DNA from: an uncultured Pelotomaculum sp.
Lineage (GTDB): Bacteria > Bacillota > Desulfotomaculia > Desulfotomaculales > Pelotomaculaceae
Assembly (NCBI GenBank): GCA_964545615.1
Contig: CAZJGV010000004.1
Span: 1-39,862, forward strand
Length of the DNA: 39,862 nt
Reading direction: 5' to 3'
Shown here: one piece after another, positions 29,797 to 38,656 of the stretch
Layout of the letters: the number at the start of each line of letters is the position of its first letter
Numbering within the stretch: the first letter of the stretch is position 1
Notes under the pieces: generated by a model
Databases searched by the model: none
Told to the model about the DNA's origin: nothing
Seen by the model: only the letters and a program-made list of their open reading frames with translations
Program-made: the position numbers and the translations under genes

Positions 29797-32700
29797 ATGC
29801 AAGCTGATATAAGGAAAGGGTTCTGTAAAATTTTGATGGCCGTCCTGGGTTTAATGCTGCTTTTCAGTTCGTTTACCCTGGCGGCGCCCACTGCAGTCCT
29901 AGCCGGGGAAGAGGTTGTTCTTCAAATCACCGGGGATGGAGTGACGGACCCCAAAGCGTTTACCCTGGCCCAACTACAGTCAATGGAACAATATCAGCAT
30001 GTGTACAGTGCCATCAACACCTGGCCCACCAAGAAATGGTATGTAGGAAACGGGGTTAAATTGAGAGACCTGTTCAATTTGGCGGGTATAAAAGAAGATG
30101 CCACTTTGATTAAATTCACTTCGCGCGATAGCTTCACAGTGACCCTGACGGTGCAGGAGTTACTATATGACAGTCGTTATTATTTTCCCCAATTAAAGGA
30201 TAATGATCCCAACTTCGGGCACATTCCCGGTTCTGCCACGGGCGCGGAGGAGGTAGAGCCCATCCTCGCTCTTGTTAGCGCTGAGGGTAATGACAATCCT
30301 GATTATATGAACGACATGAATTCATTGCTGCTGATGATGGGGCAGCGGGCAGTAACCGAGCAAACGAGTCAATTGTTTATTAAGAATGTGGCAGAAATCG
30401 AGGTGCTCACCACTGAGCCGGAAAAGTGGGATAATCCACAGGCGAATCCAGGCAGTGGAGAGGTAACTGCGGGTACCATAGTGAAACTAAGCAATGCCCG
30501 CATGGATGATGATAAAATTTATTACACAACGGACGGCAGTACCCCGACTGTGAACAGCCCGATGTATAACTGGATTGCCAGCCGGTGGTGGTTACAGCGA
30601 CAGGATGATTTGGACAGTATTAATCACCCCATCGGAATTACAAAGGACACAACCATCAAGGCCATAACAATTGGCCCCGGTAAGTACGACAGCGATATTG
30701 TCACTTTCTCCTACCAGGCGCCAGTTGCCGCTCCTCCGGCGTTGACGGCTGATGTCACGGACAACGCGGTCGGCAGTGCGATCGAGCTTACCTTTGCGGA
30801 CGACCCGGCCTGGCGGGCGGTAATTACCGGCGTAATCGCAGACGGTACGCCTTTAGCGGCAGATGACTATATTGTGGGAGAAAGCAAGCTTACCATTAAG
30901 GCGGGGGTATTTAAGCAGGCCGGGGATTACGCTATAGCGGTGCAGGCAACCGGGTACGAGGACGCCATTGTGACGCAGACAATCAAGGTAAGTAGTGGTA
31001 CGGTCGAGCCTGGCGAAGACGTGGCGCTGACAATCACAGGCAATGGAGTGACTACTCCGGTAACGTTTACCCTGACGCAACTTAAGGCCATGGCACAATA
31101 CCAGCAGGTGTACAGTGCCATCAACACCTGGCCCACCAAGAAATGGTATGTAGGAAAAGGTGTTGAATTGAAAGACCTCCTCGACACAGCAGGGATTAAA
31201 AGCAGCGCCAGGCAGATTAGATTTACTGCGAGCGATGGCTTCACAGCGACCTTTACAGTACAGGAGTTGCTTAAAGACAAGCGTTATTATTTCCCGGGAT
31301 TAAAGGATAATGACCACTACCTCGGGCAGATTCCCGGTTCTTCCTCGGGCAAGAAAGAGGTCGAGCCTATCCTCGCTCTGGAAAGCGCTGAAGGTGCTGA
31401 CGATCCTGACTATATGAACAACATGAACGCCTTGCTGCTGATGATGGGGCAGCGGGCAGTCACCGAGCAAACGGGTCAATCGTTTCTTAAGAAAGTAAAT
31501 AGAATCGAGGTGCTGACCAGTGCGCCTGGGAAGTGGGATGAGCCGGAGGCTGATCCGGATAGTGGCGACGTGGCTCCAGGAACCCTGGTAAGGCTGAGCA
31601 GTGTTTACAACGACGATGATAAAATCCATTATACAACGGACGGCAGTAATCCAAATTTGGACAGTCCGATGTATAACTGGATTGCCAGCCGGTGGTGGTC
31701 ACAACGACAGGATGATTTGGACAGTATTAATCACCCCATCGGAATTACAAAGGACACCATCATCAAAGCCATAACAATTGGCCCAGGCAGGGAGAACAGC
31801 GATGTCGCTACCTTTTCCTACAAGGTAACGAAAGGTGCGAGCACGAGCAATAAAATCTCAAATAGTACAGGCGGCACTGTAAGTCTCGGCGATGAAGCCA
31901 GCATTGAAATACCGGCCGGAGCGCTGACAAATGCTGATGTGGAAATCGTAATACATAAAGTAACCGCGCCGCCTGCCGCACCCGCAGGCTTCAAACTGGT
32001 TGGCAGCGTATACGATTTCAGCGTGGACGGTAAGGACAGCTACAGCTTTGCCAGGAGCGTGACCATTAAGCTAAGCTTCGATTCCGACGCTATAAGCGCG
32101 GGTGAGACCCCGGTCATCTGCTACTACGACGAAGACCTGGGCCAGTGGGTAAACACCGGCGGCACTGTATCCGGTAACACCGTGACTGTGCAGGTAGACC
32201 ACTTCACCAAGTTTGCCGTAATGGCAGCCGGGAAAGAGCAAACACGAACAGAGATCACCAGTAAAGGCGGCACAGCAAGCCTTGGCAGTGAAGTCACCAT
32301 TGAAGTGCCGGCCAACGCGCTGACTGGAACCGGCGCAGTGGAAGTAAAGATACAGAAAGTAACCGCGCCGCCTGCCGCACCCGCAGGCTTCAAGCTGGTT
32401 GGCAGCGTATACGATTTCAGCGTGAACGGTAAGGACAGCTACAGTTTTGCCAGGAGCGTGACCATTAAGCTAAGCTTCGATTCCGACGCTGTAAGCGCGG
32501 GTGAGACCCCGCTCATCTGCTACTACGACGAAGACCTGGGCCAGTGGGTAAACATTGGCGGCACTGTATCCGGTAACACCGTGACTGTGCAGGTGGACCA
32601 CTTCACCAGGTTTGCCGTGATGGCAGCCATGAAAGAGCAAACATTAACAGACATCACCGGCCACTGGGCTATTGACAACATCAACAGCCTGATGGCCATG

Positions 32701-33183
32701 GGCGCCATCAGCGGTTATCCCGACGGCACTTTTAGGCCTGACCATACCATCACCAGGGCCGAATTTGTCTCCGTGCTGGTGCAGGCGTTTAAGCTTGAGA
32801 ATATGGACGGCAAGAACTTTAACGACACTGCCGGGCACTGGTCTGAAGACTACATCACCACAGCAACAGCCCACGGGCTGGTCAACGGTTATGAAGACGG
32901 CGCCTTTGGTCCAGAAGACCTGATTACCCGCGAGCAGATGGCCGTGCTGATTGTCAAGGCGGCCGAATTATCCCCGTCGACAGGAGGCCTCCAGTTTGCC
33001 GACAGCGACAGGATTTCCGGGTGGGCCGGAGAGGCTGTTGCCACCGCGGCCAGGTACGGGATCCTGAACGGATACCCCGGTAATACCTTCCAGCCTCAGG
33101 GTAGCGCGACCAGGGCCGAGGCGGTGACGGTTATTGTAAATGCCCTGACAATGCCGGATGGAGTTGAAGTGGCAACGGCCTGA
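29797..33183 (+). CDS. S-layer-anchored protein: 2x (molybdopterin-binding-like + Fn3-associated) modules, DUF1533-like domain, two repeated beta-rich domains, 3x SLH
   Basis: Signal peptide; ITG.GV..P..FTL.QL..M...YSAINTWPTKKWY.G.GV.L.DL...AGI twice; YTTDGS.P; TFADDPAW...ATGYED; SLH DITGHWA..GYPDGTFRPD..ITRAE. Confidence 0.82.
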   Translation: MQADIRKGFCKILMAVLGLMLLFSSFTLAAPTAVLAGEEVVLQITGDGVTDPKAFTLAQLQSMEQYQHVYSAINTWPTKKWYVGNGVKLRDLFNLAGIKEDATLIKFTSRDSFTVTLTVQELLYDSRYYFPQLKDNDPNFGHIPGSATGAEEVEPILALVSAEGNDNPDYMNDMNSLLLMMGQRAVTEQTSQLFIKNVAEIEVLTTEPEKWDNPQANPGSGEVTAGTIVKLSNARMDDDKIYYTTDGSTPTVNSPMYNWIASRWWLQRQDDLDSINHPIGITKDTTIKAITIGPGKYDSDIVTFSYQAPVAAPPALTADVTDNAVGSAIELTFADDPAWRAVITGVIADGTPLAADDYIVGESKLTIKAGVFKQAGDYAIAVQATGYEDAIVTQTIKVSSGTVEPGEDVALTITGNGVTTPVTFTLTQLKAMAQYQQVYSAINTWPTKKWYVGKGVELKDLLDTAGIKSSARQIRFTASDGFTATFTVQELLKDKRYYFPGLKDNDHYLGQIPGSSSGKKEVEPILALESAEGADDPDYMNNMNALLLMMGQRAVTEQTGQSFLKKVNRIEVLTSAPGKWDEPEADPDSGDVAPGTLVRLSSVYNDDDKIHYTTDGSNPNLDSPMYNWIASRWWSQRQDDLDSINHPIGITKDTIIKAITIGPGRENSDVATFSYKVTKGASTSNKISNSTGGTVSLGDEASIEIPAGALTNADVEIVIHKVTAPPAAPAGFKLVGSVYDFSVDGKDSYSFARSVTIKLSFDSDAISAGETPVICYYDEDLGQWVNTGGTVSGNTVTVQVDHFTKFAVMAAGKEQTRTEITSKGGTASLGSEVTIEVPANALTGTGAVEVKIQKVTAPPAAPAGFKLVGSVYDFSVNGKDSYSFARSVTIKLSFDSDAVSAGETPLICYYDEDLGQWVNIGGTVSGNTVTVQVDHFTRFAVMAAMKEQTLTDITGHWAIDNINSLMAMGAISGYPDGTFRPDHTITRAEFVSVLVQAFKLENMDGKNFNDTAGHWSEDYITTATAHGLVNGYEDGAFGPEDLITREQMAVLIVKAAELSPSTGGLQFADSDRISGWAGEAVATAARYGILNGYPGNTFQPQGSATRAEAVTVIVNALTMPDGVEVATA

Positions 33184-35132
33184 TGGCGATGGATAGTCAC
33201 TGTAAGGGAGTATTGGAACTACAACTGATTAAAAAGGGAAGGGGACACATTTCGGTCGTCGGACCTCAGACGACGAAAAAAGAACAAACCAGCATGGGAT
33301 CAGCATCATTCCTCATGAAACAAGGGGATGCACCTCCGACAGCGGAATGGGGACACATTTCGGACATCGGACGTCAGACGTCAGACGTCAGAAAAAGAAC
33401 AAACCGTCATGGCATCAGGATCATTCTTTATGAAACAAGGGGACAAGCATCCTTCAGGGGAACCCCGATGGCTTGTCCCCGATGGCATATCGTCGGCGGC
33501 ATGTGGGTGGTATGCAAATTCTTGCTGACCGTCCTGGGTTTGCTGCTGCTCGCCGGTTTGCTTAATATGACAGCTCCCAGGGCTGCCCTTGCCGAACAGT
33601 CGGAGACGATTGAAATCACCGGTGACGGAGTGACTACTCCTGTGACGTTAACCCTGGCCCAACTCCGGGCAATGAAGCAATACCAGCATGTGTACAGTGT
33701 TATAAACACCTGGCCCACTAAGAAATGGTATGTGGCAGAAGGCGTTAAATTAAGGGATTTGTTTGCCTTGGCGGGAATCAAAGAAGATGCTAAGCTGATT
33801 AAATTCTTGTCGAACGATGGCTTCGAAGCAACGCTAACGGTCCAGGAATTATTAACAGACAAGCGTTATTATTTCCCGCTATTAATGGAAAATCATGCCA
33901 GTGACGGCAGTATCCCGGGCTCTTCAGCGGATGCGCAAGAGGTTGAGCCGATTCTCGCCCTGAGCAGCGCCGAGGATAGCAGCGATCCCGCCGCAATGAA
34001 CGACAGGGACGCATTGCTTCTGGTGATCGGGCAGCGGGTAGTTACCGACCAGACCAATCCCATATTTTTAAAATATGTAAATCGAATTGAGGTACTCACC
34101 ACTCCCCCGCCAAAATGGGATAATCCTAAGGCTGATCTGGAAAGTGGGGAGGTGCCGGCAGGGGCGCTGGTAAAGCTGAGCAATAAGCACAACGATGTGG
34201 ATAAGGTTTATTACACAACGGACGGCAGTACCCCGACCTTGAACAGCCCGATGTTCAACAGGAGTTCCAGCCGGTGGTGGCCATTGCGGCCGGATGATTT
34301 GGACAGCGTCAATCAACCGATACAGATTAACAAGGACACCATCATCAAGGCTAAAACAATTGGTCCCGGTAAGCTGGACAGCGATGTCGTCACCTTTACC
34401 TATAAGGCTGATTTCTCGGGCCGGGCGGCCGCTCAGGCGGATCTGCCCGCTGGACCGCCTACCGTGGTGACCCTGGACCAGAACACTGTCAACCTCAATA
34501 TCGGCAGTTCCTACGAGTTGATGGCGACTGTAGGTCCGGGCAATGCCATAGACAAAAGCGTGACCTGGAGTTCCAGTGACACCAGTGTGGCCACGGTGGA
34601 TAACAATGGCCTGGTAACGGTTGTTGGTCCGGGCACGGCCGTCATCAACGTTAAAACTGTAGCCGGGAACATTACGGCTGTGTGTGTTGTGAATGATCCA
34701 AACCAGGGCGGCAGCGCCCAGAGCGCTGCGCCTGCCGGCGCCGGTCCTCAGGCAGATGAAGCGCGGGAGGAAAAGGTTGACCCCCCGGCGCAGGAACCCG
34801 ATGAGCAAGCCCCGGCGGAAATGGCAACCGCTGATCTGAAAAGCGCTGACGGAGCGCGGGAGGAGCCTGCCGAGCCGGAGGCGCCGGTAGAAAACGGTCG
34901 GTACCTGGCGGAAAAGGAGGCTGCGGCTGCCGGTTCAACAATAGCAAATATCTCCCCTGAGCAGACGGGCAGCCAACATGCACAAGTATTCGCGATGTCG
35001 GTTGACGCCGGACCCGCCCAACTGCAGTTGGAGCAAAGCAATTTGGTTTATACAGCAGGCGTATTTCTTCTACTGTTCCTTTTTGGCGCCGGCAGAAGAT
35101 ACATGGAATATGCGAGGGAGGTAATAAAGTGA
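33183..35132 (+). CDS. Surface protein: molybdopterin-binding-like + Fn3-associated + Big_2 domain, acidic/Pro linker, C-terminal TM anchor; start uncertain (33183 or 33501)
   Basis: YSVINTWPTKKWY; VTWSSSDTSVATVDNNGLVT; C-terminal LVYTAGVFLLLFLFGAGRR; the N-terminal ~100 codons read through repeat DNA. Confidence 0.78.
   Translation: MAMDSHCKGVLELQLIKKGRGHISVVGPQTTKKEQTSMGSASFLMKQGDAPPTAEWGHISDIGRQTSDVRKRTNRHGIRIILYETRGQASFRGTPMACPRWHIVGGMWVVCKFLLTVLGLLLLAGLLNMTAPRAALAEQSETIEITGDGVTTPVTLTLAQLRAMKQYQHVYSVINTWPTKKWYVAEGVKLRDLFALAGIKEDAKLIKFLSNDGFEATLTVQELLTDKRYYFPLLMENHASDGSIPGSSADAQEVEPILALSSAEDSSDPAAMNDRDALLLVIGQRVVTDQTNPIFLKYVNRIEVLTTPPPKWDNPKADLESGEVPAGALVKLSNKHNDVDKVYYTTDGSTPTLNSPMFNRSSSRWWPLRPDDLDSVNQPIQINKDTIIKAKTIGPGKLDSDVVTFTYKADFSGRAAAQADLPAGPPTVVTLDQNTVNLNIGSSYELMATVGPGNAIDKSVTWSSSDTSVATVDNNGLVTVVGPGTAVINVKTVAGNITAVCVVNDPNQGGSAQSAAPAGAGPQADEAREEKVDPPAQEPDEQAPAEMATADLKSADGAREEPAEPEAPVENGRYLAEKEAAAAGSTIANISPEQTGSQHAQVFAMSVDAGPAQLQLEQSNLVYTAGVFLLLFLFGAGRRYMEYAREVIK
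33241..33480. repeat. Imperfect tandem duplication of a ~100-bp GGGGAC-type element plus a hairpin
   Basis: GGGGACACATTTCGG...AAAAAGAACAAACC...ATGAAACAAGGGGA at ~33241 and ~33349; GGGGACAAGC...GCTTGTCCCC inverted repeat. Confidence 0.7.
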
Positions 35133-35782
35133 CAGTTTCTATGTTAGCGCCGCTCAGAGAAACGATGCATACTATTTCGACCGGTTTATTGATGCCTACC
35201 ATTGCTATTCTGCTGTTGTTATTGGCAGTGTCGGTGATTGAGTTGGGCGGCCTGCTGGCAGAAACCCTCACTGAGCGGCGCAGGAAGGTCAACGTGCCGG
35301 ACCTGATAGAAGCCTTCCAGGGGAAGGAGGCTGGGGAGATCATGGTCGAGGTTGAGCATAGCGGACTGTTCCTGCGCCAGAAAGCAGCCCTCAGTGAGCT
35401 GCTCAAGCACAGCAACTTACCTGCCGCCTCCTTGCAGGCCCTGGCCCGCCGGTTGCTTGCCGGCGAGGAACTGCATTATGCCAAAATCACCACCAGGACC
35501 GACCTGGTAGCGCGCCTGGGTCCCATGTTAGGATTGATGGCTACGCTGATTCCGCTGGGGCCAGGCATGATCGCCCTCGGTCAGGGTGACACCAAGACCC
35601 TGGCAGAATCCCTGCTCACTGCTTTTGACGCTACTGTAGCCGGTCTGGCAGCCGCCGGCGTCGCCTTTGCCATCTCCCGGCTGCGGAAAAGGTGGTACGA
35701 GGAATACTTGAGTTCACTTGAGGCCTTGCTGGAAAGCTTACTGGAGGTGTTTGCCCGTGGACGGCGGACTGAGGAGCACTAG
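35129..35782 (+). CDS. MotA/TolQ/ExbB proton-channel family protein
   Basis: Three TMs; RLGPMLGLMATLIPL and AESLLTAFDATVAGL match ExbB-type TM2/TM3. Confidence 0.85.
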   Translation: MTVSMLAPLRETMHTISTGLLMPTIAILLLLLAVSVIELGGLLAETLTERRRKVNVPDLIEAFQGKEAGEIMVEVEHSGLFLRQKAALSELLKHSNLPAASLQALARRLLAGEELHYAKITTRTDLVARLGPMLGLMATLIPLGPGMIALGQGDTKTLAESLLTAFDATVAGLAAAGVAFAISRLRKRWYEEYLSSLEALLESLLEVFARGRRTEEH

Positions 35783-36071
35783 GCGCAGGACGCCTGAAGA
35801 GGTCAATCCTCTTGACGGCGCCGTCAATATCGTGGATGCCATGCTGGTGTTTGCCTGCGGGCTGATGCTTTCGCTGGTCATGCACTGGAACGTCGACCTG
35901 GGCCAAATAGGAGAGCGCGTCAACTTGAACCGTGGTCAGGATGTGACCCAGGCGCCGGATATCCGGGACGATTTGATCGAAACTCAGGGCGAGGGCAAGC
36001 TTTATGAAAAGATGGGCACGGTCTACAAAGACCCCGCTACGGGGCAGTTGTTCATGCTGACCAATCAGTAA
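35757..36071 (+). CDS. DUF2149-family protein (ExbD/MotB-like single TM with Asp)
   Basis: GTG after GGAGGT; EEVNPLDGAVNIVDAMLVFACGL; C-terminal MGTVYKDP.TGQL. Confidence 0.82.
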   Translation: MDGGLRSTRRRTPEEVNPLDGAVNIVDAMLVFACGLMLSLVMHWNVDLGQIGERVNLNRGQDVTQAPDIRDDLIETQGEGKLYEKMGTVYKDPATGQLFMLTNQ

Positions 36072-36194
36072 ACGTTTATCCGTCAAAGTGCTGCAAGAGT
36101 TGATAGATAAGCAGCCAGTGTTCCAACATTCCTGATTTAACCGCTGGTGATCATGCGCCTCCATATGGCTATACGATAGAAAGGAGAGTTAAAA

Positions 36195-37700
36195 ATGCAG
36201 GCTGAACGTCTTCAAACCAAAAAATGGTTTTATGGTCTTATGACAACCTTTCTGGGGTTGCTGCTTTTCGGTATGTTTAACTTGACGACGCCCGCAGTTG
36301 CCTTTGCCGCTGGCCGGGATACCCTTGAAATCACAGGGGATGGTGTAGCAACGCCTTTGACTTTAACCAGGGAACAGCTCCAGTCAATGGAACAATGCCA
36401 GCAAGTGTACAGTGTAATTAACACCTGGCCCACCAAAAAATGGTATGTTGGCAAAGGGGTTAAGTTGAGAGGCCTTTTGACTGAAGCGGGGATGCTCGAG
36501 GAGGCCAGGCTGATTAAATTAACTTCGAGCGACGGCTATACAGTGAATCTTACAGTTCAAGAGTTATTAAAGGACAAACGGTATTATTTCCCCGGGCTTA
36601 AGGGTGATAACCCCAATGATGGTGACGGGCATATGCCCGGATCTTCAGCAGGTGCGCAAGAGGCAGAGACTATACTTGCCCTGGAAAGTGTCGAAGGCAG
36701 TAATAATCCCGCCTATATGAACGATTTGAATTCCTTGCTGCTGATGCTGGGGCAGCGGGCGGTTACCGAGCAGAATGGCAATTTATTCAGTAAATATGTC
36801 AATAAAATCGAGGTGCTCACAGCAGAGCCGGAAAAATGGGACAGCCCGCAGGCGAATCCAGAAAGTGGTATTCTGCCTGCGGGGTCCATGGTGGCGCTGA
36901 GTAATGCCCATATGGATGACGATAAGGTTTATTACACCACGGACGGCAGCACTCCTACCGTGCACAGTCCGATCTATAACTGGATTGCCAAACGGTGGTG
37001 GTCAGCACGGGCAGATGTTTTAGGCAAGATCAATTGTCCATTAGGACCCATTAATAGCGGCACAACCATCAAGGCCATAACAATTGGTCCCGGCAAGTAC
37101 GACAGCGATGTGGCCACCTTCACCTATCAGGTTGCAGGGGCTGATGCCGCGGCTGAAACGGAAATAACCACACCCAGGACCCTGTCCTTTAATGACGTCG
37201 CCGGCCACTGGGCACTGGACAGCATATCGAAACTGGTAAACCTGGATTGCATTAGCGGCTATCCCGACGGCAGTTTCAGGCCCGACAGCACCATTACCAG
37301 GGCTGAATTTGCCACCGTGCTGGTAAAGGCGTTCAAGCTTGAGAATAGCGAAGGCAAGACCTTTGCCGATACAGCGGCGCACTGGGCTAAACAATCCATT
37401 GCTGCGGCAGCGGCAAACGGGCTGGTCAGCGGTTATGCCGGCGGTACTTTTGGCCCGGACGACCTGATTACCCGAGAGCAGATGGCCGTGATGATCGTCA
37501 AGGCAGCCAAATTGGCTCCGGCGGCAGGAAGCCCTCAGTTTGCCGACAGCGGCAGCATTTCCGGCTGGGCCGGCGAGGCCGTGGCCAGCGCGACTGAAAA
37601 CGGGATTATGAAGGGCTACTCAGACAATACCGTCCGTCCCGGGGGGAGCGCGACCAGGGCTGAAGCTGTGACGGTGATTATTAATGCGTTAAATAATTAG
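36195..37700 (+). CDS. S-layer protein: molybdopterin-binding-like + Fn3-associated + 3x SLH
   Basis: RBS AAGGAG; signal peptide; YSVINTWPTKKWY; FNDVAGHWA..GYPDGSFRPD..ITRAE. Confidence 0.85.
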   Translation: MQAERLQTKKWFYGLMTTFLGLLLFGMFNLTTPAVAFAAGRDTLEITGDGVATPLTLTREQLQSMEQCQQVYSVINTWPTKKWYVGKGVKLRGLLTEAGMLEEARLIKLTSSDGYTVNLTVQELLKDKRYYFPGLKGDNPNDGDGHMPGSSAGAQEAETILALESVEGSNNPAYMNDLNSLLLMLGQRAVTEQNGNLFSKYVNKIEVLTAEPEKWDSPQANPESGILPAGSMVALSNAHMDDDKVYYTTDGSTPTVHSPIYNWIAKRWWSARADVLGKINCPLGPINSGTTIKAITIGPGKYDSDVATFTYQVAGADAAAETEITTPRTLSFNDVAGHWALDSISKLVNLDCISGYPDGSFRPDSTITRAEFATVLVKAFKLENSEGKTFADTAAHWAKQSIAAAAANGLVSGYAGGTFGPDDLITREQMAVMIVKAAKLAPAAGSPQFADSGSISGWAGEAVASATENGIMKGYSDNTVRPGGSATRAEAVTVIINALNN

Positions 37701-37749
37701 TTGACCATTTTGTGGTTGTATTAATGGTGTGACGGGAAGTGAAAGCCCA

Positions 37750-38655
37750 ATGAAACTGAATGCTTTTATTCCTGGAAAATATTCTCCTCTTATTGGTCTT
37801 TTTTTCATGTTTTGCGTCCTCCTGATTGCCGGTTGTAAAGGCGGGCCTGCGCAACAGGAAAAGGGCATCAGCACTGCGGGCGAAAAGGTGGTTGTGGTTA
37901 CCGGCAACGGTGTGGTGAAAGAAACCCGGCTGACCCTGGCAGAGCTGCTGGAGTTGCCCGGGGCCCGGTTTGAACACGCCTATTCCACCATCAATAACTG
38001 GCCTGCGGCAAAGAAGTATGCGGCCAGGGGAATCAAATTAGCGGCAGTGCTGCAAGCCGCCGGCATTAAGGATGAGGCAAAACGCATTACTGTTAAGGGT
38101 AAAGATGATTTTGAGTGGTCCTTTACGCGAGAGCAGTTGTTAGATACCCCAAGATATTATTTTCCGGAAGTGCTGTCGGGGGATCCGGCCGGCGCCGAAC
38201 CGGTTGAGCCTGTTATCGCCTGCGAGTATACGGAAAACAGCGATAATCTGAGTGAGGCCAGGGCGGGCGATTTATGCCTGATCATGCCGCAGGCGAATGT
38301 CAACGAGCAGACCAACCACACCTTTGTCAAAGGTGTCAGTGAGATCCTGGTGGTTGTGGAAGACCCGGGAAAATGGCCGCAGGCGACCGTCTTTCCACCG
38401 GCGGGGCAAATTACCAGGGGCGATACGGTAAAACTCCAGCATAAGGAAATTGGCAAGGTAAAAATGTATTATACTCTGGACGGCTCCACGCCGGCCGAAA
38501 AAAGCGCGCTATATAATCCCAGCACATATCAGCCTGAATTGAACAAGCCCATCAAGATCAATAGAGACACGACAATCAAGGTTCTGGTTAAGGGTTTCGG
38601 CAAATATGACAGTGACATTGCTGAGTTTCGGTATCAGGTTAAGGAGGGTGTTTAA
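37750..38655 (+). CDS. Lipoprotein: molybdopterin-binding-like + Fn3-associated domain
   Basis: Lipobox IAGC; YSTINNWPAAKKY..RGIKL..VL..AGI; YYTLDGSTP. Confidence 0.8.
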   Translation: MKLNAFIPGKYSPLIGLFFMFCVLLIAGCKGGPAQQEKGISTAGEKVVVVTGNGVVKETRLTLAELLELPGARFEHAYSTINNWPAAKKYAARGIKLAAVLQAAGIKDEAKRITVKGKDDFEWSFTREQLLDTPRYYFPEVLSGDPAGAEPVEPVIACEYTENSDNLSEARAGDLCLIMPQANVNEQTNHTFVKGVSEILVVVEDPGKWPQATVFPPAGQITRGDTVKLQHKEIGKVKMYYTLDGSTPAEKSALYNPSTYQPELNKPIKINRDTTIKVLVKGFGKYDSDIAEFRYQVKEGV

Positions 38656-38656
38656 G

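Noticed and set aside
35129-36071. Flagellar stator motAB
   Set aside because: The partner lacks the OmpA-like peptidoglycan-binding domain of MotB, and no flagellar genes are nearby.
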